Of a stretch of DNA of 64,000 bases, positions 14,877 to 30,765 are shown in pieces. The translations under genes and the position numbers were made by a program. Source of the stretch: Chrysomallon squamiferum (Eukaryota > Animalia > Mollusca); contig CM022670.1 of NCBI GenBank assembly GCA_012295275.1, positions 3,720,001 to 3,784,000 of the forward strand. Reading direction: 5' to 3'. The notes below the pieces were generated by a model, which saw only the letters and a list, made by a program, of their open reading frames with translations, was not told where the DNA came from and made no database searches. Every line of letters starts with the position of its first letter. Positions within the stretch are counted from its first letter, which is position 1.

Positions 14877-17577
14877 TGTAACAGTAGTAGCAGCAGTAGA
14901 AATAGTGATGGATGGTGATAACGGAATAATAACATTCTTAGTAACTGCAGTCGCTTTTGTAGTTAAAGCAATAATCGTCTTCGTAGAGGTATAAGTTGCA
15001 GTAGCAGTAGTTATATTGTAATGATATAATATCATTATGATCATATTTACTTTTTCCATTTAAAATAATCGGTGACTGTAAATACTAACTATTACAGCGA
15101 TGCTCGGAAAAACAACATTTTCAGAAACACCCACGGAACGGACATCTGGTTGTTATTCACACAAAACGACAGAAATATTGATATGTTAGTTCTAAATATA
15201 TGTTACCACTGTATTTTGTTTCCACATTATAATCAATGATATCGTTTCAACATTATCCAGGACATATTTTCGTATGTATGATATGAAGAACATATATAAT
15301 CATTTACTGATCTACTGAACGTTTTATCCTTGAGAACAACATCAATACGCTATTGTGTTTTTTTGAAGAACCTTTCCTCTGAACTGCTGCTTTGAAGTTT
15401 CTGAACGTTCTTTGTCTTTTTTTGGAGGTCTTATATATGAAATTGTTCTTTTGTAAATGCCCTACCTTCTTTTGTTGATATTTATTTTTTTAATTTTTCT
15501 TTGTTAAATTGTTTTTTATCAAAGAAAAGGTGAGTTGCCTAGCATTTGTTCTGATTCGGTTTCGACGTTCACGTTTCTGCTGCTTTTAGATGTTTTTAGA
15601 AACATAAACGTCATCGCTATTCTGTTCTTTAAGTTTCTATATATACTGTACTTTATTTGCACAGCCAAATGGTATTTTATTTGTTTAGCAATACAATAAT
15701 AATACAAGGAAATTATTTTGATATCTAAGAAATGAGAAGAGAATATTGGATTTCTTAACGAAACGTTGCTTCAGCTACTACTACTACAACATACTACTAT
15801 TACTGCTGCTGCTTCCAATGCTATTATTAAACATTTAATACTAATACTAATATTACTACCACTGTTACAACTTCTACTACTACAACTTCTATTCTTACTA
15901 CTACTTCTACTCTTTTTATTATTACTGCTATGACGAACTACAATTACTAACAGAGTTATTCCATTCACTGTGTTTATCACTTTGCAGAAGCCGTTGATAT
16001 GCAGCTCGCTTCTTTGTTAAAGAGTGAAGAGAAAAACATCGATTGTCTTCCCCGAAGCTGTCGATTATTTTGTAATTTTACAGAATTGCGTTACGTTATC
16101 TATAATATCCTGTTTAGATGACAATTCAAAAAAACGTGTGTATCGGTTATTACAACAGCAGGAACCAGATTTGTGTAACCTCGTGCAATTTAATATCACT
16201 TTCACATCTTGTCAGTTGATGTTGTTTTCAGTACTGTTTATCATTCCATTTGTTCCCATCTCTGAACATATTGCCATTATTATTACCATTACCACTTCAA
16301 CAGACACCACCATCATCGTCATCATAATCATCACTCCGACTACTATTATTATTAAAACAACAACAACAACCACACTTACAACAACAATTAGTATTACTCC
16401 TACAATTCCTGCTTCTACACTACTACTACTACTACTACAACTACTACCAGTTTTGTTATTAGCATTACTACTAAAATAGTTCTACTACTATGATAATATT
16501 ACTACTATTGCTATGTCTGTTACGCCTGTTGCTGCAACAACAACAACAACAATAACACGAACTTCACTATCTAATTTCTTTTTACTTCATTTACAGTTTT
16601 AAAATGAACGCATTACTCTGTACCACTTTAACCAAAGATTTTCTGAAGAACAAATATGACAGAAATAAAATATAAAAATAAAAACAAAACTTTATAAAAA
16701 AAGAAATTGAAGTTAGACTTTTGATAAACACTTTTTTGGTTGTTTTTTTTTTGATTTCACGAAATGGTATTGGGCCGGTGCAAACTACTTGTATGAATAT
16801 GCTGAGAAAGCCGGCTCTGTCGAAGTATCTCGGAGCGCAATAAAACTCTAATAAAATGCTAATTTTGCGGAAACACGACAAACTCGAGATCTTACGGAGG
16901 TTTCGTCGATCTCCTGCGTTTATTACGCTTCAAAGAACGAGATCTGCAAACATGCGCATATTCCTGGGACAAATTAGATTTCAAAGACCGTCAGTGTTTT
17001 GAAACATCTTGTCATGTTTCCTTTTCCCAATCTGATTAAGAAAATGTATTTTTCCAACAAAGCCAAATGGAGGTATAAAAACGATGAAATAAAACCATAC
17101 ATCGTAAATCAGTCCATTCTGAAGTGGCATCGTTACAATAAAATGATGTAAAATGTCAGTGGTAATACATATCGGCCATCAAGTTCAATATCGAAGTAAG
17201 CGACGCTTTCCAGTTTGTGTAAATTAAAGCGTTGTTTGTGTGTCTGTGACTGTATTTACATTTACAGCTCTAGAAGTGAAGTAAAACTAAAATCTCGAAC
17301 TCCGCTGGCTCTTGAAATAAATATGGATTATGAGCTGAGGGAAATTCTCGGAGAATTCGTATCGAGAAGTTACCAGTCGGATTGAGAAATAAAAAGGGTA
17401 GCCGGTTAATCAGTTCAGATTTTAAATAATCTGGTTTATTTAATTAAGTGGAAGTTAATGTGAATTACAAATATTTGTACAAAAGAAGTAACATTCTGAA
17501 AACATCCTTAAAAGGAAAAAACGGGAAAAAAAATGAAATCGCACTAGCAGACATGTAAATGCATCCATTCATTCACA

Positions 17578-17580
<3 letters not shown>

Positions 17581-17647
<67 letters not shown>
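17581..17647. repeat. (AC)n microsatellite
   Basis: Directly visible. Confidence 0.95.
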
Positions 17648-17652
<5 letters not shown>

Positions 17653-18519
17653 CATAAAAATGTAGAAGGTATAGTAGTACTGTGATAGTCCTTACAGTAG
17701 TAACAGTCCTAATACTTGAAGTAGTACTAACTGTAGAAGCAATAGCAATAATAACAATAGTTATAGTAACAGTAATTTTGGTAGCGGCGATAGCAGCTGC
17801 AATTTCAGAAATAGTTGTTATTGTGATAGAAGAATAACATACGAAAGCAGTGGAAATGGCATTAGCAGTAGTTAGTATTTGTATATAGACTAGTTTGACA
17901 TAATTATTATTCGTATTATACGGGAAATCGAAATTTTTTCACAATCTACGATCATGAGAAACGCAGGTCTTTTAGTAAAATCAGTGAACGCTTTATTTTA
18001 TTGTATAGGTGAAGAAGGTTTTTTTTTTATTTTGTTTGTTTTGTAAATAAGATTCGATACGAACTAAAACATTTCTTCCACGTTTAATGAATCACTACAT
18101 TTCTGTTTTACAACATACGTTTACTCTTTCTTTGTAAATCGCTTCCAGGGAGCTTAAAGTTAATTACGTTCAAATTCATTTCTTACAAAGATTTTAAATC
18201 GTCTTGTGCTTTATTGTTATTTTTTTTTAAATTATTTTTTTTATTTATTCATTCATTTGTTTATTTTACTTGTTTTTTAATGATCATAGCTTGGAGCCAG
18301 TATTCTAATAGCGTTCAGGAAGCAGTGGACTCGAAAGACAAATAAATTATTATTTAAATAAACCTGTTTTTTTTATTTATCGTTTCTTAAGTATGAAATT
18401 CTTTTTTGTTTTTTCTTAAATAAGAATCTTCCAAAGATATTTATATAATTTAATGTTAATTCTAACCTAGATTAAAAGAGTGTTTAGAACTTGATAAACA
18501 GACATACAGACAGATGGAT

Positions 18520-18636
<117 letters not shown>

Positions 18637-20237
18637 TTTAATAATCGCTTTCTCACAAATTTTTTGACCAGACCCTGACTACATCTTATGACCCACACTT
18701 CAGGAGGGTGTCCTAACCTCAGAATTACTCTCTGTCTTTGAGATCTATAAAACATTTGTTAGTTCTTTCTATCACTGCATTATATTTCTAGACAGTAGTA
18801 AAAGATGTATGAATGTCTCGGCGCTGACATTAATATAGTCTAAATAATAAATCCGTCAATTTCCTTCCAAAAGGCAAAGACGATAACCTTTGATATTTAT
18901 TTAAACAGAATACAGAGAACCGTTATGAGAAAGACGGAAACAGGCTGAGTTAGATTTTGGAATGTTATCTGACATCTGGTGTTTCCAAAAATTATCATCA
19001 TCATCATCATCGTCATCGTCATCATAAACATTGTTATTATTATCATCATCATGATAATCATCATAAACATGGTTATTATTATTATTGTTGTTATTGTTAT
19101 TATTATCATCATCATCATCATCATAATCATCTTTTTATTTATCATTGTTATGATCACAATAATTGGAATTCAAGTATGACATCAAATTGAGGATTAATTA
19201 AACCATGAATTATCACTAATCTAATAATACTCATAGTAGTAGTAGTACTAGTAGTAGTAATAGGAGTAGAAGTAACAGTAGGTGATAAGTAGAAATATAG
19301 TAATAGTAATAATAAAAGTTGTTGTAGTAGTAGAGTAGCAGTAGTAGCAGTAGTACTTGTAGCAACAACAGTAGTAATAGTTGCAGCAGTTGTACTTTTG
19401 TAGTAGCTGTAGATGTTGTAGCTGTAGTAAAAATGATGTTATTATAACTAAATCAATCAAGCATTCGCACTTTCTGTTTGACTGCGTTCACTTTCAAATC
19501 AAATACAGTTCAGAGCGCAAAAGAAATTAATTTTGATAAATGGGCTTCGCGTTAAAAAGAATTTTCAAAAACGCAGAAGAGCTAAAATACTATATGAAGA
19601 ATCATTTCAGTATTAATGGATCTGTCATTAATACACGCATAATAAATAGACAGGCTCTGTGTTCGAGAATCGTTCTTGGCAGTAAGAGAGTAATTTAGAT
19701 AAGCAAATCGAGTGAAATAACGTGTGATTGATGTTCGTACGAAGAATTTAACTTAAACACTTTTTCTTTACCGATATGTGTTGCAAATCGAAATAATAAT
19801 CTGTGTTTTGCTCCATTCCTTTTTTTCTATGGACATAATTTAATAGTTTACGAGTTTAGGATTGAGAAGTCGGTCGTTTAGCAACATTATTTTTTAATTT
19901 ATTTTTAATTTTTTTTTTTTTTTTTTTTTTTTTTTGCAGTGTATAAGAAAATAGATTGCAAGGAATGATGTGTTATTTATTAATGTTTTGCGGTAGTTCG
20001 TTATTTCAACGATTTTTCTGATTTAAAATATTCAGTGTGAATGTTTGTGAATATTTATGTATGTATGCATCTATGTAAGTGTTTATTATCTGTGTATGTG
20101 TGTACATTTGTGTATATATCTTTGTATGTGTGTGTGTGTGCATGTATGTATGTATATTAAATACACTGTTATATCATATATAATAATAGTCTATTTTTGA
20201 AGATTTCATGCCTATTCATTTAATACTTTTTTAAAAT

Positions 20238-20358
20238 TTATTATTATTATTATCATCATCATCACTATCATTATTATTATTATATTATCATCATCATCAT
20301 CATTATTATCATTATTATTATTATCTTTATTATATTATCATCATCATCATCATCATCA

Positions 20359-20411
<53 letters not shown>
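20238..20411. repeat. Compound (ATT)n/(ATC)n microsatellite
   Basis: Directly visible. Confidence 0.93.
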
Positions 20412-20412
<1 letters not shown>

Positions 20413-21347
20413 TGTATTTAATAAACTAATTCATTCATAAATATGTTACAATTTCCTTGTCGAAGAATAATTCACGAGGAAATTACTTCATGAATAAACT
20501 ATACACTAAGACATCACTGCATAAATATAACTATTATTACAGTATCACTCTAAACAGCGTAACCGCATAACTTTATGGAGCGATCTCCAGTTTTGAGATG
20601 TATTTGATAGGCAACACTATATAATCATTACGGCTTTATAGACACATAAATAGCTGACCACGATTATCCGTAATAAAATTCAAAAAGTAAATGATTATGC
20701 AATCTTTCTTCTAAATATTTATTGATAATTGCTTGCGTCTGTTATTTATAGGTAGCTGTATGTACTGTCGCGTTTATACATAAAAGACAAATGTATGTGT
20801 TTCTGCACAAGTATTTGTCTGTGTGTTTAATATAAATGTTTTTTTTTTGTTTTCGTTTTCTGTAATATTATATTTTATATATTAGCTGCTGTCTGGATGA
20901 GAATGGGTGTATAGTGTGAAATATATACATTACCTGGTTAATTTCTTTTTAAACTGAAATTAAATTTATATAAACTTTTTTTAGATAATAATTTATATAT
21001 CGTATCATTTCATATCATATAAATATATTCTTTCTTGATTATTTTATGAAATCATTAGATGAATGAGCAGAAATGATATACTTAGAGATTCCATATTGCC
21101 AATTTAATTTCAGTTTTTTCTTTTGATGGTATTGTATTTCTCTTTCAATATAATTTTCTTTCATTCGTGATTGTATTTCCTTCTGATTTATTTTCCTTTA
21201 CATTTTGCGTAGTTTAATTAATTAATTTATTTACATCATCATCGACGTCGTCATTACAATAATAATCATTATCAGCATCATCATGGTTTCATCTTTCCAT
21301 TTATCTTATAGTTTTTCTTTATGTTCTGGTTATATATATTCAAACTA

Positions 21348-21490
21348 ATTCAAACAAATTCTTTAACATACTAACATTCAAACAAATTATCTCACACACT
21401 AACATTCAAACAAATTCTCTAACATACTAACAATCAGGCAAATTTTCTAACACACTAACATTCAAACAAATTATCTAACATACTAACATT
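21348..21490. repeat. 28-bp minisatellite, 5 copies
   Basis: ATTCAAACAAATT(C/A/T)TCTAACA(T/C)ACTAAC-like unit at 21348, 21376, 21404, 21432 and 21460. Confidence 0.92.
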
Positions 21491-22211
21491 ATTTTGCACG
21501 TGTGCCATTTGTTCTTGAACATTTTTGGGACTATAACTGTATTTCAAACTGTGATTATAACACGTAGCCGATTATTTCTTTTTACAGATCAGTAGCAAAT
21601 TAGTTACAGTTTCAGTTAAATGACTACAATAAACTTTGTTTCCTTAGTTCTTTCATTCTCTTATTTTCTCTTTCTTTTTAATTTTCTCTGTGTTTCTAAC
21701 ATTTGAGCTGTTTTTCTTCCAGTTTTCTGTTTTCTGTTCGCTCGTTCTTTCTTCTTTCATTCCTTTTTTCATTCTTATTTTCATTTGTTCTTTCTCTCTT
21801 TCTGTCTTGTTTTTTTTAATCCATTTTTCATTTATTTATTTTTTCCCTTCATTATGTTTCTTTCGTTCTTTCTTTTGCTTTTATATTAATTTTTTTTTTC
21901 ATTTTTTAATTTGTTATTTCTTTCTTACTTTCCTTTTTGTACTTCTTTTGTGTTTTTATTTTTCTTTCCTTTTCTTTACTGCTTCTTTTTTTTCCCGTTT
22001 CTGTTATTTATTTACTTTATTGTAACAAAACAACTAAAACTAACTATTACCTAACACCAGGTTTAATTGCTTTTGGGTAAAAACATGATGAACAGTACAC
22101 TTCTGAGTCAACAGAATGGATGCTAATTTAAATAAAATTTAATTAACAGATGTTATTTTGTACGTTTATTCTTTATTTCATTCTGTCGTCAATTATTATT
22201 ATTATTATTAT

Positions 22212-22255
<44 letters not shown>

Positions 22256-22811
22256 TTATTGTAGTCGTTGTTGTACTTTGTTTTTGATATTCTGTCTGAG
22301 TGAATGACATCGTGTTATGAATTTATTTCGTTATATGACAAACAATTTTAATATATTTAACTAAATTATCTAAGAACAAAGGAAACTGGTCTGTGAGACA
22401 CAAAAATTAACTTATTTATATTAATAAATGGAATGTTCACTATTTTATTTTATTTTATTTTATTTTTTACATATATTTTTAATTTTTTTTGTTCTCTCTA
22501 TCTCACTTTTTTCTCGGTATCTTTCTTTCAGTCTGTGGTTGTTAGTTTGATTGGTTATTTTATTTATTTAGTTAGTTAGTCGGTATTATACTTATTCATT
22601 GTCTATCTGTTTATCATCTATCAATCTATCTATCTATTTATATGTCTATTTATCTGTTTAATTACATCTGCCTATCTATTTGTCTAAATATCCACCTGTA
22701 TGTCTCTATATTCGTCTGTCTGTATGTCTGTCCTTCTCTTTGTATCTGACAGTTTATTTATTCAGGTTGTTAGCTTGTTAGTAAGAAATTATTTATTTTA
22801 TTTTATTTTAT

Positions 22812-22842
<31 letters not shown>

Positions 22843-25800
22843 GTGAAATAGCTTCATCCAAGAACAAACAAAAAAAAAGGAAAGGAAAGAAGAAAAAAAA
22901 AGTTTGATGAAATATTCAACACGCTCCAGAAGCATTCTCTGCAATTTTAAAGGAAATTTTTTTGTTAAAAAGGTTACAAGTTGAAATGTGATTGATTAAA
23001 TCCCCAGTTAATGTCAGGGGAGAAAAACAACAAAAACAACAACAAAAAAATCTTTTAATTATATTCAAATCCGTCGTTGATGATTTTTTCTGTCAATGAA
23101 AAGATACACACGCTAAATCCATCGCCATTAATCACTGCTAATATTTCAGAGAAAAGAAGAAAGAAATGTTTTAGCAGCTTTAATCTACGATTATAAAGCA
23201 AAATATAAATTATACTTAAAGAACAAACAAATAAATATCTAGTTAGTATGTTATTTAAGCATAATATATATTTGCCCTATATATATATATATAGCTTATT
23301 AGGGGAGGCTATTACAAAGACAATTTTTTAAGGAAATTGTTGGAATGGGATAATCAAAGATAACTGCAGTAACCATTTTTGATGTCTTCTTTTTTGCTTC
23401 TTACATATATATTTTAGGTATCAAAGATATTTAAGAAGTATTGTCAAGATTTAGAAGGGGAAAAAAAGCGACGTAGAATATCAGTATAGGTCTACATTTC
23501 GTTCAGAAAAAAAAAACATATGCTGTAGATGATATTCATCTTAGTTTTCAGGAATGTTCTAAGAGAATACTTTTCTGAGTCAAATAAAACGCTCGGAATT
23601 CATGACAGCCATTAAACAGAGACCGACGATCAAGTTTTCAAAGCAGCATTTTAAAGACGTTTTAGCTAAAAATTTATGAAGACAGTGTAATCTTTGCAGA
23701 GCACTGTTAAAAATATTAATACAGAAATATATATATATATATATATATATATTTTAAAAATTTATTCCGACTACTAAAGTCAAGTAGTTTTATTGCAAAC
23801 TTCAACCGGAAATAAGCTTGCGAAACTTCCGGTTTCGCGTTCGGGACAGTAATCGTTGAAATGGATGAACAAACAGGCAGAAACGAAAGCACGATATTAA
23901 GAGCAGAAATCGTCTTTCATGTATAGAAAGTGGAAATGATTCTAACAAAGAGCGGCCGTTTAATATCTTTGTTTGTCTTTGCTACTCGGCGATGATTTGC
24001 GTTTGATGTGGGAAGAACTCGAGTGATGATAACGTGGCGACAATTTGGTGAAGCGTGCCAGAAGAACGGCTTTTTATAGACAAAGCAAATATTGCATGTT
24101 ATTTCCAGTTACTGCGAGTGTTTCTTGCTTTCTTGGTCAATGCGTCAACGCGCTGAACCAGAGCACTTAGCAAAGTAGGATGATGCTTGATCGGCGTGCA
24201 GTGGGTAAAGTGTGTCGGTAGGTGCAAACAAAACAAAGACACAACTGAAGGAAGGATGAAAGAAAGAAGAATGACAGGAAAAGAGGAATTATGAAGGGGA
24301 AAAGGAATGCAAATGAAAACGTGCAAAGAATGATGGAAAATGAAAGAAGGATATAAGATCAAACAAAAACGAGAAAATTAAAAGAGAAAGAATGAAGGAT
24401 GGAAGGGAGAGAAAGATAAAACTAAAAAAATTCTGTGAAATATGTAAATGAAGAATGAATGAAAGATTGAAGGTTAAAGGAAAGAGCTAAAGAAATAAGG
24501 AATGAATGAAAAGTGTGGGAAGATATGAAAGAGAATATATAACGGTAGGTAACTGTAACGTAATCAATAAATAAAGAAATCAATGACTATATCAAACATC
24601 AAACAAAATATTGTGAATACTTTATTAATATTACATATAGTAATTTATAACCAGACATTTAATGCTATCTGAATCACTCACAAATTCAGAAAAATGGTTT
24701 AACACAGAACGATAATGCATTTAAAAAAAAAAAAAATAATAATAAAAAGTTTTAGTCCAAAACAACATTCATCTTTCTTCAGAAATTACTTAATGACCCA
24801 AAATACACGAAAAACAGGATAGTGTATAATTTGTAAAATCGAAAAAAAATATATATATTTAAGAAAAAAATATACGTCGTCTGTTTAAATCCTTTTAAAT
24901 ACGCTATCTCGATCAATTACATTACTAGAGCATCTTTGTGTGGGATGTGTGGGCTGTGTTTTACCCAGAGCAACGTCACTGAGAATTTTAACCAACTGTT
25001 CTGTTAGCGTTCCATCGAGGTCTGGAAATTATAGGGCAGTGTGCTATCGGTGTGCACGTTTTTGCTCTTATCCATCGTAGAGGGTAATCATTTGATAGTT
25101 TTGGCCTACTTTAAAAAAAAAAGAAAAAAAAAACAACAACAAAAAAGAATTCGATCACTTTTGAAAAACTAAACCGATTTTAATCTGTGGTTTAGGTCTT
25201 CAAAGATTCGTATAATTTAATTGTTTTTGGTTGTTTTTTTGTTGTTTTTTTTTGTTGTTTTTTTGTTTTTGTTTTTATTTTTTATTTCATTTTATTTTTT
25301 TTTATTTTTTTATTTATTTATTTATTTGTTGTTGCTTTTTTTGCTGTTTGTTTGTTGTTGTTTTTTGTGGGTTTTTTTTTTTTTTAAATTGAGGAATATC
25401 TGTTACAAGCGTATAAATGACTCAAAGAATTTAGGTTTGAGATAAAAGGGGTTAAAAAAATGTCCTAATCTGTTAGAAATGTTTTTTTTTTGGGGGGAAT
25501 TTTATTTAATTTAAAAGTAAAAGAAGAAAGAGAAAAACTCGAGAAAGCTTTTGGTAAAAAAAGACTTGCAGGCTTGAAATCTTCAGATGTAAATATTTAA
25601 TATGAGCAAGAATGTGTAGAAAAATAAAACATGAAACTTTATAAAAGAATAGAAAAAAATAATATTCTGCAGTTCATTACCTTTTGGAATACAAATCTTT
25701 TTTAACCTGCTATTTAAGGTCTCTGAAGTTTTTAAAGGAAGAAGCTGACACGTAGTTTGTTTTTAAAGGATTATTACTAACAGCACACAGAACATCTTTC

Positions 25801-26004
25801 TCTCCTGGATGATTTTCTCACAGTGAAATTTATAAGTAGCTTTTGAAAGGATATTTGTCTTAGAAATCCTTTCATATGTTTGCATGTACATAAGTGTATA
25901 TGTATGCACGAATGTATGTAAACATGTATGTATGTATGTATGTATGTATACAGAATATTGATTTCAGGTACACATAAAATATTATATATTTAGTTTTCCT
26001 TTAT

Positions 26005-26185
<181 letters not shown>

Positions 26186-28150
26186 AAGTGATTGTCCAAA
26201 GGAAAATGGAGAGATACAAGAACTTGATTCTTCTTTTTAATGAACCTACTAATCTGTTATTACAATTAACCCAACAACCGAGCTGATTAATAAATAGTAA
26301 GACCAACAGAACTTCTCATATAGTAAACGCTTTTCTTCTTAACTAATCTAAACTACTGTTCTGTTTATTTCTTTTTCGAGCAGTCAAACAAGACTTCACA
26401 GATTTAGGAAAATTTCTAACCACACTATCCGAAGCGGACGTGTTTCGTGGCAGCTTTCTCTTACTAGCTATTTTAAAACCGTTTTCAAAACCGAAACCCG
26501 AAACCAAATCAGTGGAATTGGGAAAATACGTTTCAAAGACCTGCAGCTAACATGTTTAAAGGGTTTTCCTGTGAAATACGGAACATGTCTGCTGTGGAAC
26601 TGCGTAAAGAGCTTAAAGTATGTCTAAGTCTTCAGTTTATCTTCCACTTCCTCAAAAAATCACGAGCGACCTTCACATCAACCGGTTCTTCAAACTGCTG
26701 ATTGCTGAAAGTGACTACAACTGTTCGCTATTTTCCTGAAGATATGGAACTTTACTGGTATTCACATTTTACATAATCTGATGACATAAAATATTAAAAT
26801 CCAGAGTTAGTCTTTAGCATTTTATGTCAAAAATATAAATCAATTGTGCGTGCGTACGCGCACGCTTTTGTTATTTTGTTTAGTGAGTGTCTGTAACTGT
26901 TTATGTGTTTATATTATTACATTTCTTTCGATTTATACATTCAACTAAACCATAAAAATTGTTTTTTTCTAGTTGATTTAGGTGATTTCTAAAAAAAAAA
27001 AAAAAAAAAGTCATTTTTTTTTTTTTTTGATCATTTTTTCACAGACACTGAGAATGTGCGACGTTGACAAACAACAGTGATTATAATTAAATAAACATAT
27101 TTTTGTGGTGATATCTTTATTGATTCTCTCCGAACCGCTTACAAATATCCACTTATGTAAATGTAGCATTCCTCTATTACATTTGTTGTTTTTTTCTTTC
27201 AAATTCACTTTGAAAACAAGTTACGTATTGCAAACTGTGTGGTACAGTGGCTAGACTGACTGATACAAGATCGCGTTCTTCTTCCAGACTCTTATTCAGA
27301 CAATGAATCGTACCTACTAACCTAAACAATTCGGATTATTGTCTGAGTACCAACATTCTAATTTGAACTTCACGTTCGAGCATTCTTTAGCCTATAATAA
27401 AAACAACAAAACAACCTTTGCCACTTTTCGCAAACCAAACGTTACGTTCGGCTTTTCTTTGTTTTCCAGACACAATAAGCTTCACCCAGTGATTGATTAT
27501 ATCATTCAAAACCTGAATAATGCACTACCCCCTCTACACCGAGTCACTCATTCTAACAAAAACCCAGGAGAGAAGGAAACAAAAAAAAAAGAGCCAATAA
27601 TTATCAGTAAATGATTAAACCTTGAAAAAAAGACACATCTTTTAAAATAATAAAGCCATTTTATGTCTAGACATTAAGAAAAATTAATGTTCGAAGTCGT
27701 GCAACCTTCGATCAAAGTTTCTTCGAGATAACGACGCATTCAGCCTCGAAAATGGAACCGTTAAAGACGAAGTGATTGGTCCAGCAGTCGACGTGTGATT
27801 AATTATGAGAACAGATCATTGTAAGCGACGGAAAGAGCCACTGAGCTGTTTATTTACTGTAATAAGCGGCGTCAAAATGGAATCATTCTCGGGAATGTCC
27901 GCCATATGTATAAGAAATGTTCTTGTAATCACGACCAATCAATAGCCAGAGGCATGAAGAAAGATGAATTATTTTCGTTCTTTACGGCCGAGTTTGTTAT
28001 TAACGGGGCGCTTAAGGCTGTGGCTAATTATGAATATTCCATATAATAACAGTTAATGTTTGTTTATTAATTTGTACCAGGAGACTTCATCAGTCTCAAG
28101 TGCGTTGGTACAGATAAAAGTAAAACATTAACAAGTGGTTATTGTATTTA

Positions 28151-28203
<53 letters not shown>

Positions 28204-30662
28204 CTGTTTTGTATGCATATGAGAAGTGTTGGGTTTAGACACGGTGAGGCGTTAAGCTATAAAGAATGCAAAAGGTTCCTTGTTAAAAAATATTTGCTTT
28301 ATTCGCAAGTTTTATGTTATACTCATTTGTTTTAGGCCCCTGTATACTGCAAGCGCTCAGCTACAGCTGGTTTAGCCTTTGTCTCAATGGCTTGACCAAA
28401 AAAGCTTTGTGCTCAAACCAAATGTGGCAATTGCGATCAACGATATGACGTCATCAGTGCACAAAAAAAGGAAAATGTCGTTTGAAATGATTATTTCAGA
28501 ATTGTGACCAGAATAATATGTAGGCTGGTGTATAAAAATAATATGATATGTTGTGAAATTTCAGATGGAAAAGAACTGTGGAAAGCCTCGATATGACCGC
28601 TCAAAGTCTCCACGGAGTTAACACGCAGGAAGTGGGCGGTTCACAAACAGAATGGAAAACACTTGAAACAAAAATCTGCAGTAAATGACATTTTGTAGCT
28701 CTCCGTAGAGGTTTTAGTACGGAAATGAATTTGCAACTTTTTTCTTCTATTTCTTGACTTTTTATTATTTTTTTTATTAACTATTTGGGCTTTATGACAA
28801 ATAAAAGCTGTTTCCATTGTTACAAATCTTTAATATTTTCTTATCCATTTAAAAAAAAAAAAAAGTTTCATGAATAACTGTACTTTGATTATTACTTCAC
28901 AAAAAATATTAAGTAATAAACAACGCCTTTTCACAGCAACAGAAAAAATAATTATATTATTTATATGAACAGCTACAAACTATGGAAACAATATGACCGT
29001 GACGCATTGCAGCTTGGGAAATCTTCACACCATCAACTGACATGTGAAGAAAAAAAAAATCATAGTTATAGCTGTTTAATAACTTAAATATAAACTGCGG
29101 CTATAGTATTCACAGTTTCTTTTGATACTCTTTTTCTGTACTTATTGCCCAGAACACATTTCAGACTTCCTGGCGATTGCGTACATCAAGGTAAATGACA
29201 CAAGCATCAATGCAAGCGCCATTGATATTAAACGCTTAAAGTGAATTGTACTGAAGTATACAACTGACTGCACGGAGCTGATGCCAACAAAAGATTTTCC
29301 AGTGTCTGATGCTTATTAAAGAGTCTGTTCTAAGAATGAAAATAACTCAACAAATCAATGATAAAATCTCAACTCAGGTTAAAGAGAGAGAGAGAGTAAT
29401 GTGGATAATCTAATCAAGGATGTTTCCAGGCTTTCAGAAAAATAGGATTAATTCCATTAAAGTAGTGTAAGTTTCAAAACGCGTCGCGCACGCACACGCA
29501 CACACACACACATCAACACACATGCACATGCACATGCACATGCGCCTCATTCATTAATTAATTTCACTTTTAAAATAGATTCTTTAATAGTCCACCACCA
29601 CAAATTATGCAAAATACGAGAAATTTAATATTTGTACCAGATCGAATGTAAATCTGTTTGAAAAAATAAGTTAAAATTAAAAAAAAAACAAAAAACAATA
29701 TAAATAAATAACGAATAATAATGACGTAATTAGATAGACTGCAAAATCACTCTTGCTCGAGGTTCACGTTTCAGTAATGTCCCACAATTAATACATGAAA
29801 ATTTAATGCTAGTACTAAAAATGAATCCTACTGGAAATTAAATGTAGTTAACACTGATCGGCTGTGCAATTTATATATATAAGAGATGAGCATCTCAGTT
29901 TACTTGTTTATGTGCTATGCATTTCACTAGGTAACCATATGTTTCGACAGGACATACATACGATGACTATCAAGCAGCATTCGACATTAGAACCTCCAAT
30001 GTAAATGCCTGAATGAAGATTCGATCTCAGTATCTGCGAGTAATTCCATTATTTCAAATCTTTTCGAGTAATTCCATTATTTTCTCACCCATTACTCTGT
30101 TTGCTTCTTGTTCTTATCCCCGTTCTGGTATTTCTCTAACGGGTCGGACAAATTACATTATTACTTTGTAAACTGATATTTATTCGTCAATTTTTGTTAT
30201 AATTGACGTTAATTACTCACTGATATATGATCCAAATTAATACGATTTCACCCAAAGGGAGTTAACTGCGCAGTCAAAAGTTCAGCACGGACGAGGCGTG
30301 GTGATTTATTAATATTCAGATGAAGCCTGCAATGTCGTATTTCATCAGACCTGCTCGAGAAGAAGTTATCGCTGGGAACAATGAGCTGGATTTGCGAAGT
30401 GCTATCTCCCTGCACTGCCCATCCACGAAACTGAATTAAATAATCTGTGAGTTTATTAGCGGAACGCATTTGATGGCTCAGTTAAAGATAAGTGGTGGTG
30501 GTTGTGCGTTTCAAATTTTTATCTCAGTCTCCCATTCTTGTTGACTTCTTCTTCTTTTCATCTGTGCATCTCTGTTTCTCTCTCTCTTTCCTTTCTTCCT
30601 CCATCTTCCTCTTGCCTTCTCTCTGTCTGCCTCTCTGTCTGCCTCTCTCCCTTCCTCTATCT

Positions 30663-30666
<4 letters not shown>

Positions 30667-30738
<72 letters not shown>

Positions 30739-30765
30739 CTCCTCCTCCTTCTCTCCCTCCCCCCG
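30667..30765. repeat. (CT)n plus (CCT)n microsatellite
   Basis: Directly visible. Confidence 0.93.

Noticed and set aside
28330-28800. MITE/DNA-transposon-like complex segment
   Set aside because: I could not find terminal inverted repeats, a target-site duplication or transposase residues by eye; it needs a repeat-library search.
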